From positions 1 to 32,939 of the forward strand of contig JADLCW010000386.1 of assembly GCA_020847015.1 (NCBI GenBank): DNA of 32,939 bases, written 5' to 3'. Below are positions 17,838 through 30,052 of this stretch, piece after piece. Under the pieces are notes generated by a model. It did not search any database. It was given only the letters and a program-made list of their open reading frames with translations, and was not told the origin of the DNA. Within the stretch, counting starts at the first letter, position 1. Every line of letters starts with the position of its first letter. The DNA comes from Thermomicrobiales bacterium. Its GTDB lineage: Bacteria > Chloroflexota > Chloroflexia > Thermomicrobiales > UBA6265. The position numbers and the translations under genes were made by a program.

Positions 17838-20800
17838 CGCCGCGCTCTCCGTCGCGCGCCCAGCGGTCCGGAGCGCCCGGACCTGGAGCGAGGACTTTGC
17901 GCACCGCGCAGGCGAACGACTTTCCTTCGTGGATTCGTGAGTTGGGATCTTCCACCAGCGCGGTCAGATCGTTGGCGCTTGCGCCGGTGGCGATGCCGCC
18001 GTAGCCGAAGTGCCACGGCATCCCGATTTGATGGACCGTGCGGCCGTCAACCGTCAGTGGTTCCAATCGAGCGGTCACGAGCGCCCGGGTGCGGATTTCG
18101 CCGCGAGCGGTGACGATGGCAACCCAGTCGCCGGTGGCCAGCGACAACGCGGCGGCCAGCGCCGGGTCGATCTCGGCAAACCCTTCCGGCTGCAACTCGG
18201 CCAGCCACGGCACGTAGCGGGACATGCCGCCGCCGGTGTGATGCTCGGTCAGGCGATAGGTGGTGATCACGTGTGGGTAGGCGGGGTCCTGCGGCGATTG
18301 CAGCGGGTTCTCCGGATGCTCCAGCGGAATCGCTGCCGGGTTGCGCGGCTGTGCGGGATAGAGGTGGTTTCCTACTGGCGATTCCCATGGCTCGTAATGG
18401 GTCGGCAGCGGACCGTCGCGCAATGCGGACTGGACGTACAACTGACCCAACCCGTCGGCGATCATCAGGAAAGGAGCGTCGCCGGGAAGGGCGGCTAGCC
18501 CGCGCGCGCCCGGCGGCGGTTCGTAGCTCGGCGGTTTCGTGACCGGGAAATCGGGCACGTCGTGGCCGACCCAGCGGCCGGCTGCATCATCCCACCAGAC
18601 CCACGCCTTGCGTTCCGACCACGGGGATCCATCAGGCCGGGCCGAGGCGCGGTTGTAGAGCATGCGCCGGTTGGCCGGCCAACTAAATCCCCAGCCGAGC
18701 GCGGCCGGCCCGGATGGATCGCGCTCGCGGGCGCGATTGCGGCCGGGCTGAGGGGCGACTCCGGCGTAGATCCAGCAGCCGCAGGCGGTCGAGCCATCGG
18801 CGCGCAACTGGTCGAAACCGGAGACGGGCGAACGGTCGGCGACGCGGTAACCGTTGATTTCGGTCAGAATGGTTGCGAGGTCCGGGTCTCCCGCGGCGTT
18901 GGTCGGATACTCCCAGGTCAGCGCCCGGAGTTGCGCGGCCGCCGGAGAGGCGTCGTCCGCGTAGAGTTCGCGCAGCCGCTGGGCGAGACGGTGGACGAAC
19001 CACGCTTCGGAGCGGGCGTCGCCGGGCGGCTCCACTGCTTTGTCGTGCCATTGCATCAGTCGCTGGGTGTTGGTGTAGGAGCCTTCCTTCTCTGGCGTCA
19101 GCGCAGCCGGCATCAGGAATACCTCAGTTCCGATCTCCTCCGGCCGGATTTCTCCGGCCAGCACTTCCGGCGAGTCTTTCCAGAAACTGGCCGATTCGAT
19201 CTCGAACGCGTCGCGCAGCACCAGCCAGTCGAGTTGACCCAATGCACGGCGGCCGAGACGCGCGTTCTGGCCGCCCACAGCGGGGTTTTGACCCATGCAA
19301 AGCAACCCGCGGATGACCCGTTCGCGCATCATGATGAGCATCTGCTGGAACGAGTAATCGCCGCCGATCTGGGGCAGGTAGCCATAGCCAAAGTCGTTGG
19401 CGGGGTGGGCGGCATCGCCGTAGTACGCCTTCAGGAGGCTGATCGTGTAGGCCGGGGCGTCGGCCCAACCGCAGGTGTCGACCGTGATGTCATCCAGATA
19501 GGCGGCGAGATTGCCATGGGCGCGCTCGGTGGTGGGCATTGGCAGGTAGCCGGGCAGCAGATCGAACAGAGTGGGGATGTCGGTGCTGCCCTGAATCGTC
19601 GCGTGACCGCGCAGCGCCATCACGCCGCCGCCGGGTCGCCCGACATTGCCCAGCAGCAGTTGCAGGATGGCGCAGCAGGAGATCATCTGCGTGCCGGTCG
19701 TGTGCTGGGTCCAGGCCATGGCGTAGGCGAAGGCGGTGGTGCGATCCGGTGTCGAGTTGCGAACGATCGCGTCAGCGACGGCGGCGAATCGCTCCGGCTC
19801 CACGCCGCAGACATCGGCGACCATCTCCGGAGTGTAGCGGGCGAAGTGGCGGCGCAGGACTTGAAAAACGCAGCGCGGGTGCTGCAGCGTGGGATCGCTG
19901 GCGGCGCCCCGCTCATCTTTGCTGGGCTGGCCGCCGGGCGTAGCGGTGATGGCCCAGGAGGCGGGGTCGTAGCGGCGCTCTCTCGCGACATATCCGGAGA
20001 ACAACCCGCCCAGCTCTTCAACATCCCGGAAGGCATCGCCGACCAACGCGCTGGCGTTGGTGTAGTGGCGGACATATTCGCCGTTGTAGTGGCCGCCTTC
20101 GATGACATGGCGGATCAGCGCGCCCAGAAAAACCATATCGCTGCCGGCCCGCAGCGGCACGTGCTGATCGGCCAGCGCCGAGGTGCGGGTGAAGCGCGGG
20201 TCGACGTGGATCACCGTGGCGCCGCGCTCCTGTGCCTGAACGACGAAGCGAAACCCCACCGGATGGTTCTCCGCCATGTTGGCGCCCATGATCACGATGC
20301 AGTCGCTATTGGCCAGATCCTGCAGGAAGGTGGTCGCGCCGCCGCGGCCGAGTCGGGAGCCCAGACCGGGCACCGTGGAGGAGTGTCATATTCGGGCCTG
20401 GTTTTCGATGGCGACGATGCCCAGTCCGGCGGCGAACAGTTTCTTGATCAGGTAGTTCTCTTCGTTGTCCAGCGTGGCTCCGCCCAAGTGCGCGACGCCC
20501 AAGGTGCGCTGCACCCGGCGACCGGCCTCATCGGTTTCCGTCCAGGTCTCGTCGCGTGTTTGCTTGACCAATTGGGCGATGCGCTCCATCGCCCAGTCGA
20601 GCGAGCGCTCCTCCCACTCGGTTGCGTAGGGAGGGCGGTATTTGACGGTGGTGAGGCGCAGCGGACTCTGCGCCAGACCGCGTGTCGCGGCGCCTTTGGG
20701 GCAGAGCGTGCCGGCATTGACGGGACTGTCCGGGTTGCCTTCGATGTCAACGATCTCGCCATCGCGCGTGTAGATCAGTTGCGAGCAGCCGACGGCGCAG

Positions 20801-20925
20801 TAGGGGCACACGCTCACCGTGACATCGGCGTCGGCAATACGCGGCGCGAGCGTCAGCGTGCGCCGGCTGGGCGGATTCGGCAGCACGCCGACGTGTCGCC
20901 GCAGAGAATGCAACCAGTCACTCAT
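17830..20925 (-). CDS. fdhA: Formate dehydrogenase alpha (molybdopterin) subunit, selenocysteine-containing (UGA = codon 180)
   Basis: This merges track ORFs 20386..20994 and 17830..20373, which share one frame across TGA 20386..20388. ATG 20925 lies 7 nt after AGGAG. It has the FeS motif CPYCAVGC..CPKG and the active-site context ENQARI-U-HSSTVPGLGSRLGRGGATTF. The 1031 codons are typical of FdnG size. Confidence 0.88.
20353..20388 (-). promoter_or_regulatory. UGA(Sec) codon plus SECIS-like stem-loop
   Basis: The mRNA reads UGA CAC UCC UCC ACG GUG CCC GGU CUG GGC UCC CGA. The core hairpin is GCCC-GGUCU-GGGC (20359..20371), extendable by GG/CC around a U-U mismatch. The apical GGUC sits at the same codon offset as in the E. 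coli fdhF SECIS. Confidence 0.6.
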
Positions 20926-20968
20926 CGCATCGCTCCTGGGATGCCGGAACCGGACCGGGCGACCCGTC

Positions 20969-22045
20969 TCAGCGCGGCAGGCGCACCCGTGCAAATCCGG
21001 ATTCCGGCCTGTCCACTCCGTCCGCGTGGTAGGGCGGTGCGTCTTCAGCCACCGCCGCCAACCCGTCGCGGGTCAAATCATCGACCAGACCGCGCAGCCA
21101 AGGCAGATCGGCCTCGGTGAATCCTGATTTCACCAGCGGGCCAAGCTCACGCAGCGGGATGCCAATCTCGGCGGACGCCCCGCCCAGTTCGCGGAGTGCG
21201 TCAACCGCTCGTCCACGGTAGTACCGATTTGACCCGGCGAAGATTTCCTCGCGCTTTTTGCGGACGCCTTTTGGCGTGGCGGCGATCGCTCCCGCCATCG
21301 CCGGGCGTGCCCGGCAATATGCCCCCAGCGGGCAGACCACGCAAGCGGGTTTGCGCGCGGTGCAATGCAGCGCGCCAAATTCGATGAGCGCCTGATTCCA
21401 GAGCCACCCCTCGTCGGGCGGCACGACGTCGGCGGCAACCGCCAGTAGCTCGCGTTCGCTGGCAGTCGGACTGGGCAGGTCGGGACCGAAGAAGACGCGA
21501 TGGATCACGCGCCGCATATTGGTGTCGAGGAAGGCAACATCGCGCTCGAACGCGAAACAGGCGATCGCGCCGGCCGTGTAGGGGCCGATCCCCGGCAGCG
21601 CGCGCAGCCCGGCCACATCCGACGGCCAGACGCCGGCGTGCTCTTCGACGACCGCCCGGGCAGCGCGCTGCAGATTGACCGCGCGCCGGTTGTAGCCGAG
21701 TCCAGCCCACAGGCGGATCACCTCGGCGGTCGGAGCGGCGGCGAGCGCGGCGGCGGTGGGGAACCGCTCCAGAAACGCCTGGTAGTAGGGAATCACCCGA
21801 TCTACCTGGGTTTGCTGGAGCATGATCTCCGAAACGAGAATGCGATAGGGATCGCGCGTGCTCCGCCAAGGCAGATCCCGCCGGTTGGCGGCGAACCATC
21901 CAAGCAGAGCGCGAGCGACGCCGGTCAGCCGGTCGGCATCGCCCGCGGCGCCTCGATCGGCCAACTCGTTATCGGACATCGACCCCGTCGGCTCAATTAT
22001 CGCCTCCGTCAGATCAGGATTCCTTCTGGGGTCGCTTGATTTCAT
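20969..22045 (-). CDS. mutY: A/G-specific adenine DNA glycosylase
   Basis: It has an HhH-GPD core ([39 protein letters not shown]) and the FeS loop [17 protein letters not shown]. The start is ambiguous. ATG 22045 overlaps the upstream gene by 32 nt; ATG 21979 (MSDNE..) is the alternative. Confidence 0.82.
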   Translation of the reverse strand: MKSSDPRRNPDLTEAIIEPTGSMSDNELADRGAAGDADRLTGVARALLGWFAANRRDLPWRSTRDPYRILVSEIMLQQTQVDRVIPYYQAFLERFPTAAALAAAPTAEVIRLWAGLGYNRRAVNLQRAARAVVEEHAGVWPSDVAGLRALPGIGPYTAGAIACFAFERDVAFLDTNMRRVIHRVFFGPDLPSPTASERELLAVAADVVPPDEGWLWNQALIEFGALHCTARKPACVVCPLGAYCRARPAMAGAIAATPKGVRKKREEIFAGSNRYYRGRAVDALRELGGASAEIGIPLRELGPLVKSGFTEADLPWLRGLVDDLTRDGLAAVAEDAPPYHADGVDRPESGFARVRLPR

Positions 22046-22631
22046 GCAGGTAGGGGCGATGACGAGCCGTCTGGATGACGTCGCGGAAAACCGCGACGGC
22101 TTCGTCGGCGGGCGCGGGCGGCTTCATTTTCACGTAGACCGCCTCGCCGCCGGGGAAGACGAATGTCGGGGTGCCGAAGACGCCGTACTCGCCGCGCGCG
22201 CGCGTGTAGTCGGTTCCAATCTCTGTCAGCGCCGAACGATCGACCCGGTCGGTGTCAAACTTTTCGAGATCGAGCCCAGCCTGTTCGGCAGCCGCGCGCA
22301 GCGTCTTGTCGCGACCGTGATCCTTGCCTTCCTCATGCTTGAGCGCAAGTAGCGCGTAGTGGAAGCGCTCGAACGCCTCCTCGCCCTGCCGGCGCGCGGC
22401 AATGGCGGCCCGGAACGCGGCTAACCCTTTGCTGCGGAAATCATCAGGCTGCTCCCATAGTTTCCATTCGGGACCGTGGGGAGAATTCACCTGTTCCAGC
22501 GGGAAGAAGCGCCAGGTGATTTGAACCTCATCGCCAAGTTGACGCTTGACCTCGCGCAGCCACATGGCCGCAGCGTAGACGAAGGGGCAACCGTAATCGT
22601 AGAACACCTCGAACTGGACCGGATCGCTCAC
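22014..22631 (-). CDS. DsbA-like thioredoxin-fold protein (single-Cys CPFV motif)
   Basis: The 205-aa product reads [29 protein letters not shown], a DSBA/HCCA-isomerase-like fold. GTG 22631 follows AAGGA with a 7-nt spacer and overlaps the coaE stop (GTGA). Confidence 0.78.
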   Translation of the reverse strand: MSDPVQFEVFYDYGCPFVYAAAMWLREVKRQLGDEVQITWRFFPLEQVNSPHGPEWKLWEQPDDFRSKGLAAFRAAIAARRQGEEAFERFHYALLALKHEEGKDHGRDKTLRAAAEQAGLDLEKFDTDRVDRSALTEIGTDYTRARGEYGVFGTPTFVFPGGEAVYVKMKPPAPADEAVAVFRDVIQTARHRPYLHEIKRPQKES

Positions 22632-23258
22632 CGTGCATCCTTTCGTCCCGGCCGCATTCGTTCCCGGAATGCGGCGTACGCAAATGCGACCTGACGGCGC
22701 GTCTCAGCGAGCGCGCCGCTATTGTCGATAACTGTATCAGCAACTAGAATTTTAGCCTCCGGAGGCGATTGGGCGGTAATCCGCCGCCGAGCCTCGGTCT
22801 CATCCAATCCGCTGCGCGCCATCAGCCGCCGCAATTGAACTTCGGGCGCGCAGGTCACTGCCCACACGGCGTCGCAGTCGGCCGCGATGCCGCTTTCGAT
22901 CAGCTTGATTGCATCCACGGCCACCACCTCGGCATGGGAGGCGGCGACCCGGCGGCGAATTTCGGCGCGCACCGGCGTGCGGACGAGCGTGTCGAGCGCG
23001 GCCAGCGCCGCCGGATCGGAAAACACAATAGCGCCAAGACGGGCACGGTCCAGGCCGCCGTCGGGCGCGACGATCGCCGGGCCGAACCGCTCGCGGATCG
23101 TCGCCAGCAGCGGCGCGCCCGGCGCGACCAACTGGTGATAGACCCGGTCGGCGTCGATCGTCTCGGCGCCCAGTTCGGCGAGCATGTCCAGCACCGCGCT
23201 TTTGCCGCAGGCGATGTTGCCGGTGACGCCGATGCACGCCGGACTCGCTCTAGTTAGT

Positions 23259-23266
<8 letters not shown>
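22628..23266 (-). CDS. coaE: Dephospho-CoA kinase
   Basis: Track ORF 22628..23353, trimmed to GTG 23266 ([25 protein letters not shown]..). It has a P-loop GxxxxGKS near the N-terminus and ..IDADRV.. typical of CoaE. The start overlaps the ABC-F stop by 8 nt. Confidence 0.86.
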
Positions 23267-25184
<1,918 letters not shown>

Positions 25185-25354
25185 CTATCAGTCAATCCAG
25201 GATGAACGCGAACCGGGACAGGCACGAAAAGGCGCGGCGATCCCGAGCTTTGCCCGAGCGCCAACCGCTCCCGAAAGTATAGACTCCCGGGCCGCGCGCG
25301 ATTGCCGCGCGTAATCTCTGCGCAATGCCTGGATCACGTCGTTGCGGCCTCGCA

Positions 25355-25372
25355 GAAGTGTACGTACACTTC
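25355..25372. promoter_or_regulatory. Perfect 18-bp inverted repeat GAAGTGTAC|GTACACTTC in the lysA upstream region (candidate operator or 5'-UTR hairpin)
   Basis: Read directly from the sequence. It is relatively AT-rich in a GC-rich intergenic region, 50 nt upstream of the lysA ATG. Function is not established. Confidence 0.4.
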
Positions 25373-25421
25373 AGGCGCATGCGGCGGACTGGCGATTGGA
25401 CTTGACGCCGAGGCGGATGCG

Positions 25422-26738
25422 ATGACTTGGCCAGCGACGGCGGAATGGACCCCCGGGGGTGAATTGACGATTGGCGGGGTGGCGGCAAGCGCGCTGGCCG
25501 AACGCTACGGCACGCCCCTCTACGTCTTCGACGAGGCGACACTGCGAGGGCGGGCACGCGCCATCCGGGCGGCGTTCACCGCGGCGTGGCCGCGTTCCCG
25601 CGTGGTCTACGCCGGTAAGGCCTACCTTTCCCCGACGCTGGCAGCGATGCTCTGGGAGGAGGGAATCGGGCTGGATGTGGTCGGCGGCGGCGAGCTGTAC
25701 GCGGGTCTCGCCGCCGGTGTGCCGGCCGCCGCGATGACGATGCATGGCAACAACAAGAGCGAACGGGAGCTGCGGGAGGCGCTGGAGGCGGGGATCGGGT
25801 CGATCGCTGTCGACAACGACCTGGAAATCGAGATGCTGGCGCGGCTGGCGACCGAGCAAGCTTCCCCAATCCCGATCGTGATGCGGCTCAACCCCGGCAT
25901 CATCCCCAACACGCACGCCAAGATGCTCACCGGGGCGCTCGATTCGAAGTTCGGCTTTCCAATTACAACGGGGGCAGCCGCGGCAGCGGTGGACCGTGTG
26001 GTCGCCGCCGGTTGCTTCGATCTGGCTGGCTATCACGCGCACGTCGGTTCCCAAGTGTTCGACCCGGCGTTGGTCGCGGAAACCATCGGCGCGTTGCTGG
26101 CGTTCGCTGCCATCATGCGCGACCGGCACGGCATCGCTCCGCGAACGATCGTTCCCGGGGGCGGTTTTGGCGTGGCCGATGACGCATCGGGGGATGATGT
26201 CTCGATCGAGACCTGGGCGACAACCGCGGCGGCGGCGCTACGCGAAGGTTGCGCGCGCTACGGGTTCGCCGAGCCGGAATTGGTTGTGGAACCGGGGCGG
26301 GCCATTATTGGGCCGGCCGGGGTGACGCTCTACCGCGTGGGAGCGCGCAAGGAGATTCCCGGCGTCCGCACGTACGTGTCAGTTGACGGCGGCATGTCCG
26401 ACAATATTCGCCCGGCGCTGTACGGGGCTGCCTATTCAGCGGCGCTGGCGAACCGAACTGCAGAGGGTCCGTACGAGCGAGTGTCGATCGCCGGCAAATA
26501 TTGCGAATCCGGCGATGTTTTGATCGAGGCGATCGATTTGCCGCGACTGCAACCAGGCGATCTGCTGGCGGTGCCGATGACCGGCGCCTACTGCCTGGCG
26601 ATGGCCAGCAACTATAATCTGGCTCCGCGGCCGGCGGCCGTGCTGGTGAACGATGGGGTCAGCCGGTTGTTCCGCCGGCGCGAGACCTACGCCGATGTCC
26701 TGGCGAGCGAGTTGCTGCCGGAATTGGCGACGTCGTGA
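25422..26738 (+). CDS. lysA: Diaminopimelate decarboxylase
   Basis: Track ORF 25302..26738, trimmed to ATG 25422 (GAGG 9 nt upstream). It reads [50 protein letters not shown].., a PLP fold-III decarboxylase of 438 aa. Confidence 0.92.
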   Translation: MTWPATAEWTPGGELTIGGVAASALAERYGTPLYVFDEATLRGRARAIRAAFTAAWPRSRVVYAGKAYLSPTLAAMLWEEGIGLDVVGGGELYAGLAAGVPAAAMTMHGNNKSERELREALEAGIGSIAVDNDLEIEMLARLATEQASPIPIVMRLNPGIIPNTHAKMLTGALDSKFGFPITTGAAAAAVDRVVAAGCFDLAGYHAHVGSQVFDPALVAETIGALLAFAAIMRDRHGIAPRTIVPGGGFGVADDASGDDVSIETWATTAAAALREGCARYGFAEPELVVEPGRAIIGPAGVTLYRVGARKEIPGVRTYVSVDGGMSDNIRPALYGAAYSAALANRTAEGPYERVSIAGKYCESGDVLIEAIDLPRLQPGDLLAVPMTGAYCLAMASNYNLAPRPAAVLVNDGVSRLFRRRETYADVLASELLPELATS

Positions 26739-26931
26739 CCCGGACCGTGCGACGCGGGCCGGTTGCCGCTATCGCCTCCGGCGGTGTAGCGTTGCGCTTC
26801 GCTTCCCGAAGGGGGAACCATCGCCAGGCACGGCCGGCGGCGACGCGGATCGATCGTGCGCCCGTGCCGGACTCCCGCCGCCAATGGCGTTCTCCCGGGC
26901 TAGTAGGCTCGGGCACGACAAGGGGCTGTTG

Positions 26932-28536
26932 ATGCCGACGCCCAAGAAGCAACCGCCCCAGGACTGGATCGTCGATAGTGTGGACGAGCCGCCGGCGGGA
27001 CCGGGAGCGACCGCTCGCCGGGACGCCGGAGCGCGCGAAGCAGGTGCGACGACGGTCGACCCGACGGCGATGCCGGCGCCAGATCGCGTGGGTAGCCTTG
27101 CTGACGGCGGCGCCGCTGCCGACGCTTCCGATAGCGCGCCGAATCGGGCGGACGCGCAACTGGCCCAGTTGGATCGCGCGCTGGCCGAACGCACTGGCGT
27201 CGTGTTGGCGGACCTGGCCGCCGACCAGGATGAGGAACCTGCCGATCTCAATTTGCAGGCGACCAACTACGACATCGGCGCCATTAGTCTCGACGATCCT
27301 GTGCGCATGTATCTGCGCGAAATCGGGCGAGTGCCGCTGCTTACCGGTGGGCGAGAAGTCGACCTCGCCAAGCGCATGGAGCGCGGCGAGTATTTGTCGG
27401 TCAAGCAGGCGCAACTGCGCGATGACTTTGGCCATGTGCCGGATGCCGATGTGGTGGGTCGAGCCATCTACCACAGCTTCCGAGCCGGCTGGGTTCACGT
27501 TGCCACATTGGTGCGGGAAATCAGCCCTGAGGATCGGCTGCCGCCGAAATCAATCTGTTTGCGGCGGGCATTGCCGATCACGCAGGCGCCGGAGGCGGCG
27601 GTCGCCGCGGTTTGTGGACGGCTGGAGCTAACGCCGGAAGAACTGGAAGAATCGCTGCGATTACGCACGGTTGAATGGGATCTCCTGCCGAGCGCCATCC
27701 AGAACATGATTCGCGACACCGAGGAGTGGCCGGACGACGCCGAGGTCGATCGGGTGTTCCGCGAGCATGTGGAGCGGCTGCGGCGAAGCTGGGATCGCCA
27801 GATCGAGCAGGGGCGGCAGTCCAAGGTGGCGCTGACCGAGGCCAATCTGCGGCTGGTCGTTTCCGTGGCGAAGAAATACGTTGGCCGCGGCATGTCGATG
27901 CTGGATCTGATTCAGGAAGGCAATCTGGGACTGATCCGGGCGGTCGAGAAATTCCAGCACCATAAGGGATACAAGTTCAGCACCTACGCCACCTGGTGGA
28001 TCAGACAGGCGATCACCCGGGCGATCGCCGATCAGGCGCGCACAATTCGCATTCCCGTCCATATGGTCGAGACGATCAACCGGCTGATCCGGACGTCGCG
28101 CCGGTTGCAGCAGGAGCTGGGGCGAGAACCGACTTCGGAAGAAATTGGGGCGGAAATGCAGCTCGATCCGGAGCGGGTGCGTGAGATCATGAAGATCTCC
28201 CAGGAGCCGGTGTCGCTGGAGATGCCAATTGGCGAGGAAGAGGACAGCAATCTCGGGGATTTCATCGAGGACAACAAGATCCTGGCCCCGGCTGACGCCG
28301 CTTCCCGCCAGATGCTGAAGGAGCAGATGGAGGACGTGCTGGGCACCCTTTCCGAGCGCGAGCGACAGGTGTTGGCCATGCGCTTCGGGTTGGAAGACGG
28401 ACGCACCCGCACCCTGGAAGAAGTTGGCAAGGCATTCGGCGTCACTCGGGAGCGCATCCGCCAGATTGAGGCGAAGGCGTTGCGCAAGCTGCGCCATCCG
28501 AGCCGCTCCAAGAAGCTTAAGGATTTTTTGGACTGA
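26932..28536 (+). CDS. rpoD: Primary RNA polymerase sigma factor (sigma-70 group 1)
   Basis: Track ORF 26653..28536, trimmed to ATG 26932 (AGGGG with a 7-nt spacer). Region 1.2 reads [17 protein letters not shown], region 2 reads [49 protein letters not shown], and region 4 reads [30 protein letters not shown]. The N-terminus is acidic and Ala-rich. Confidence 0.93.
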   Translation: MPTPKKQPPQDWIVDSVDEPPAGPGATARRDAGAREAGATTVDPTAMPAPDRVGSLADGGAAADASDSAPNRADAQLAQLDRALAERTGVVLADLAADQDEEPADLNLQATNYDIGAISLDDPVRMYLREIGRVPLLTGGREVDLAKRMERGEYLSVKQAQLRDDFGHVPDADVVGRAIYHSFRAGWVHVATLVREISPEDRLPPKSICLRRALPITQAPEAAVAAVCGRLELTPEELEESLRLRTVEWDLLPSAIQNMIRDTEEWPDDAEVDRVFREHVERLRRSWDRQIEQGRQSKVALTEANLRLVVSVAKKYVGRGMSMLDLIQEGNLGLIRAVEKFQHHKGYKFSTYATWWIRQAITRAIADQARTIRIPVHMVETINRLIRTSRRLQQELGREPTSEEIGAEMQLDPERVREIMKISQEPVSLEMPIGEEEDSNLGDFIEDNKILAPADAASRQMLKEQMEDVLGTLSERERQVLAMRFGLEDGRTRTLEEVGKAFGVTRERIRQIEAKALRKLRHPSRSKKLKDFLD

Positions 28537-28626
28537 GTCGGGGAGTCGAAGGACCGAAAAGTAGACTGGCATCGGCATTCGCCTGCCCGACTTCTCGACC
28601 CGCGTAGAAAGTGTGAGTTATTCGCT

Positions 28627-29943
28627 ATGCTGATCGATCGTGCGCGCATCTACGTCAAGGCCGGCGACGGCGGTAATGGCTCGGCGTCGTTTCGGCGGGA
28701 GAAGTACGTGCCGAAGGGCGGCCCCGACGGCGGCGATGGCGGCCGCGGCGGCAATGTGCGTCTGTTGGCGCAAGCGAACCTGACTAGTCTTCTGGCGTTC
28801 CAGTTCAACCAGCGCTTCACGGCGGGGGCTGGCGGGCAAGGACTCAGTCAATTGCGCCACGGCAAGAACGGCGAGATGCTGACCATCGGCGTGCCGGTGG
28901 GCACGGTGGTGTGGGATGACGAGACGGACGAGCTGCTCGCCGATCTCACCGAACCGGACATGACGACGATTGTGGCGCGCGGCGGCCGGGGCGGGCTGGG
29001 CAACGTCCACTTCAAGAGCTCCACGCGCCAGGCGCCGCGCATCGCCGAGCTGGGCGAACCGGGACAAGAGCGCTGGCTGCGGATGGAACTGCGGCTGATC
29101 GCCGATGTGGGACTGGTCGGATTGCCCAATGCCGGCAAATCGACGTTGCTCGCGGCCGCTTCAGCGGCGCGACCCAAGGTTGCAGACTATCCCTTCACGA
29201 CGCTGCAGCCGTATCTTGGCGTGGTGGAGATTGGTGGACCGGGCGGGCAGACCTTCGTGATGGCCGATATTCCCGGACTGATCGAGGGTGCTGCGGAAGG
29301 AGCCGGGTTGGGTCACGAGTTTCTGCGGCATGTCTCCCGCACCAAGGTGCTCATCCACGTGCTGGATGCATCGGGCGGTCTCGAAGGGCGCGATCCGCTG
29401 GCGGACTTCCGGATTATCAATGACGAATTGGCCGCCTATGATGAGGCGATGGCCGAGAAGCCAATGCTGGTCGCCCTTAACAAGATCGATTTGCCGGAGG
29501 CGCGCGAGCGACTGCCCCGTCTCAGGCGGGCGCTGGAAGCGGAAGGGCGGGAGGTGTTCACCATCTCCGGAGTGACCGGCGAGGGCGTGCCGACGCTGCT
29601 GCGGGCGGCTGCCGAGGAATTGCGCGCGGTGGTGGAGCGCGAAGCCGAGGAAGCTGCTGCCGAAGAACGCAAGGTCTACACGCTGCCGGAGGTGGACGAG
29701 CGTCGTTGGGAGGTGACCCAGATCTCGCAGCACCATTTCGCGGTGACCGGGATCGGTATCGAGCGGTTTACGCGAATGACCAACTTCGACAACGAAGAGG
29801 GCGCCGAACGTTTCCAGCGACGGTTGGAATCGACGGGGATCAATGCCGAGTTGACCCGGCAGGGCATTCTTCCGGGCGACGTGGTTCATATCGCCGGTCA
29901 GGAACTGGTCTGGGGCGAAGAGCACGAACTAGACGAGATTTAG
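28627..29943 (+). CDS. obg: GTPase Obg/CgtA with C-terminal OCT domain
   Basis: It reads MLIDRARIYVKAGDGGNG..FRREKYVPKGGPDGGDGGRGG.. with a G domain (GLPNAGKSTLL, DIPGLIEGA, NKID). The C-terminal segment TRMTNFDNEEGAERFQRRLESTGI fits an OCT domain. Confidence 0.95.
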   Translation: MLIDRARIYVKAGDGGNGSASFRREKYVPKGGPDGGDGGRGGNVRLLAQANLTSLLAFQFNQRFTAGAGGQGLSQLRHGKNGEMLTIGVPVGTVVWDDETDELLADLTEPDMTTIVARGGRGGLGNVHFKSSTRQAPRIAELGEPGQERWLRMELRLIADVGLVGLPNAGKSTLLAAASAARPKVADYPFTTLQPYLGVVEIGGPGGQTFVMADIPGLIEGAAEGAGLGHEFLRHVSRTKVLIHVLDASGGLEGRDPLADFRIINDELAAYDEAMAEKPMLVALNKIDLPEARERLPRLRRALEAEGREVFTISGVTGEGVPTLLRAAAEELRAVVEREAEEAAAEERKVYTLPEVDERRWEVTQISQHHFAVTGIGIERFTRMTNFDNEEGAERFQRRLESTGINAELTRQGILPGDVVHIAGQELVWGEEHELDEI

Positions 29944-29953
29944 CGAGGAACGT

Positions 29954-29979
29954 CGGCCGGGGGCAAGAGCGCCCGGCCG
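29954..29979. terminator. GC-rich hairpin between convergent obg and plsC (terminator-like, no U tract)
   Basis: CGGCCGGG-ggcaagagcg-CCCGGCCG, an 8-bp perfect stem starting 11 nt after the obg stop. Confidence 0.45.
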
Positions 29980-30052
29980 CTCCCGAGTCATCACGCCTGC
30001 GCCGGGGTTTGCGCCTGCGGCGCCGCATCCGATGCCGCGCAATGGAGTCAGG

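Noticed and set aside
17830-20994. Treating 20386..20994 and 17830..20373 as two separate genes, or as a pseudogene split by a nonsense mutation
   Set aside because: They share a frame. The break is a TGA exactly at the conserved Sec position of formate dehydrogenases, and a SECIS-like hairpin follows it. A single selenoprotein gene is the better reading.
18562-21120. 852-aa plus-strand ORF, the longest uninterrupted ORF apart from real genes
   Set aside because: It is exactly antisense to the FDH alpha gene. It is Arg/Gly/Ala/Val-rich with no recognisable motif. It is a typical stop-free shadow frame of a high-GC gene whose opposite strand has a strong family match.
25185-25421. Possible lysine (L-box) riboswitch upstream of lysA
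   Set aside because: I could not find the conserved L-box core elements or a multi-helix junction. Only a short palindrome and GC hairpins are present. An Infernal scan would be decisive.
26653-26931. N-terminal 93 codons of the rpoD track ORF, and analogous extensions of ispG (to 10901), the NrfD-like gene (to 17718), cmk (to 31803), coaE (to 23353) and lysA (from 25302)
   Set aside because: The extensions are Arg/Pro-rich, overlap upstream genes or intergenic hairpins, and precede better starts. Those starts have SD motifs and family-typical N-termini.
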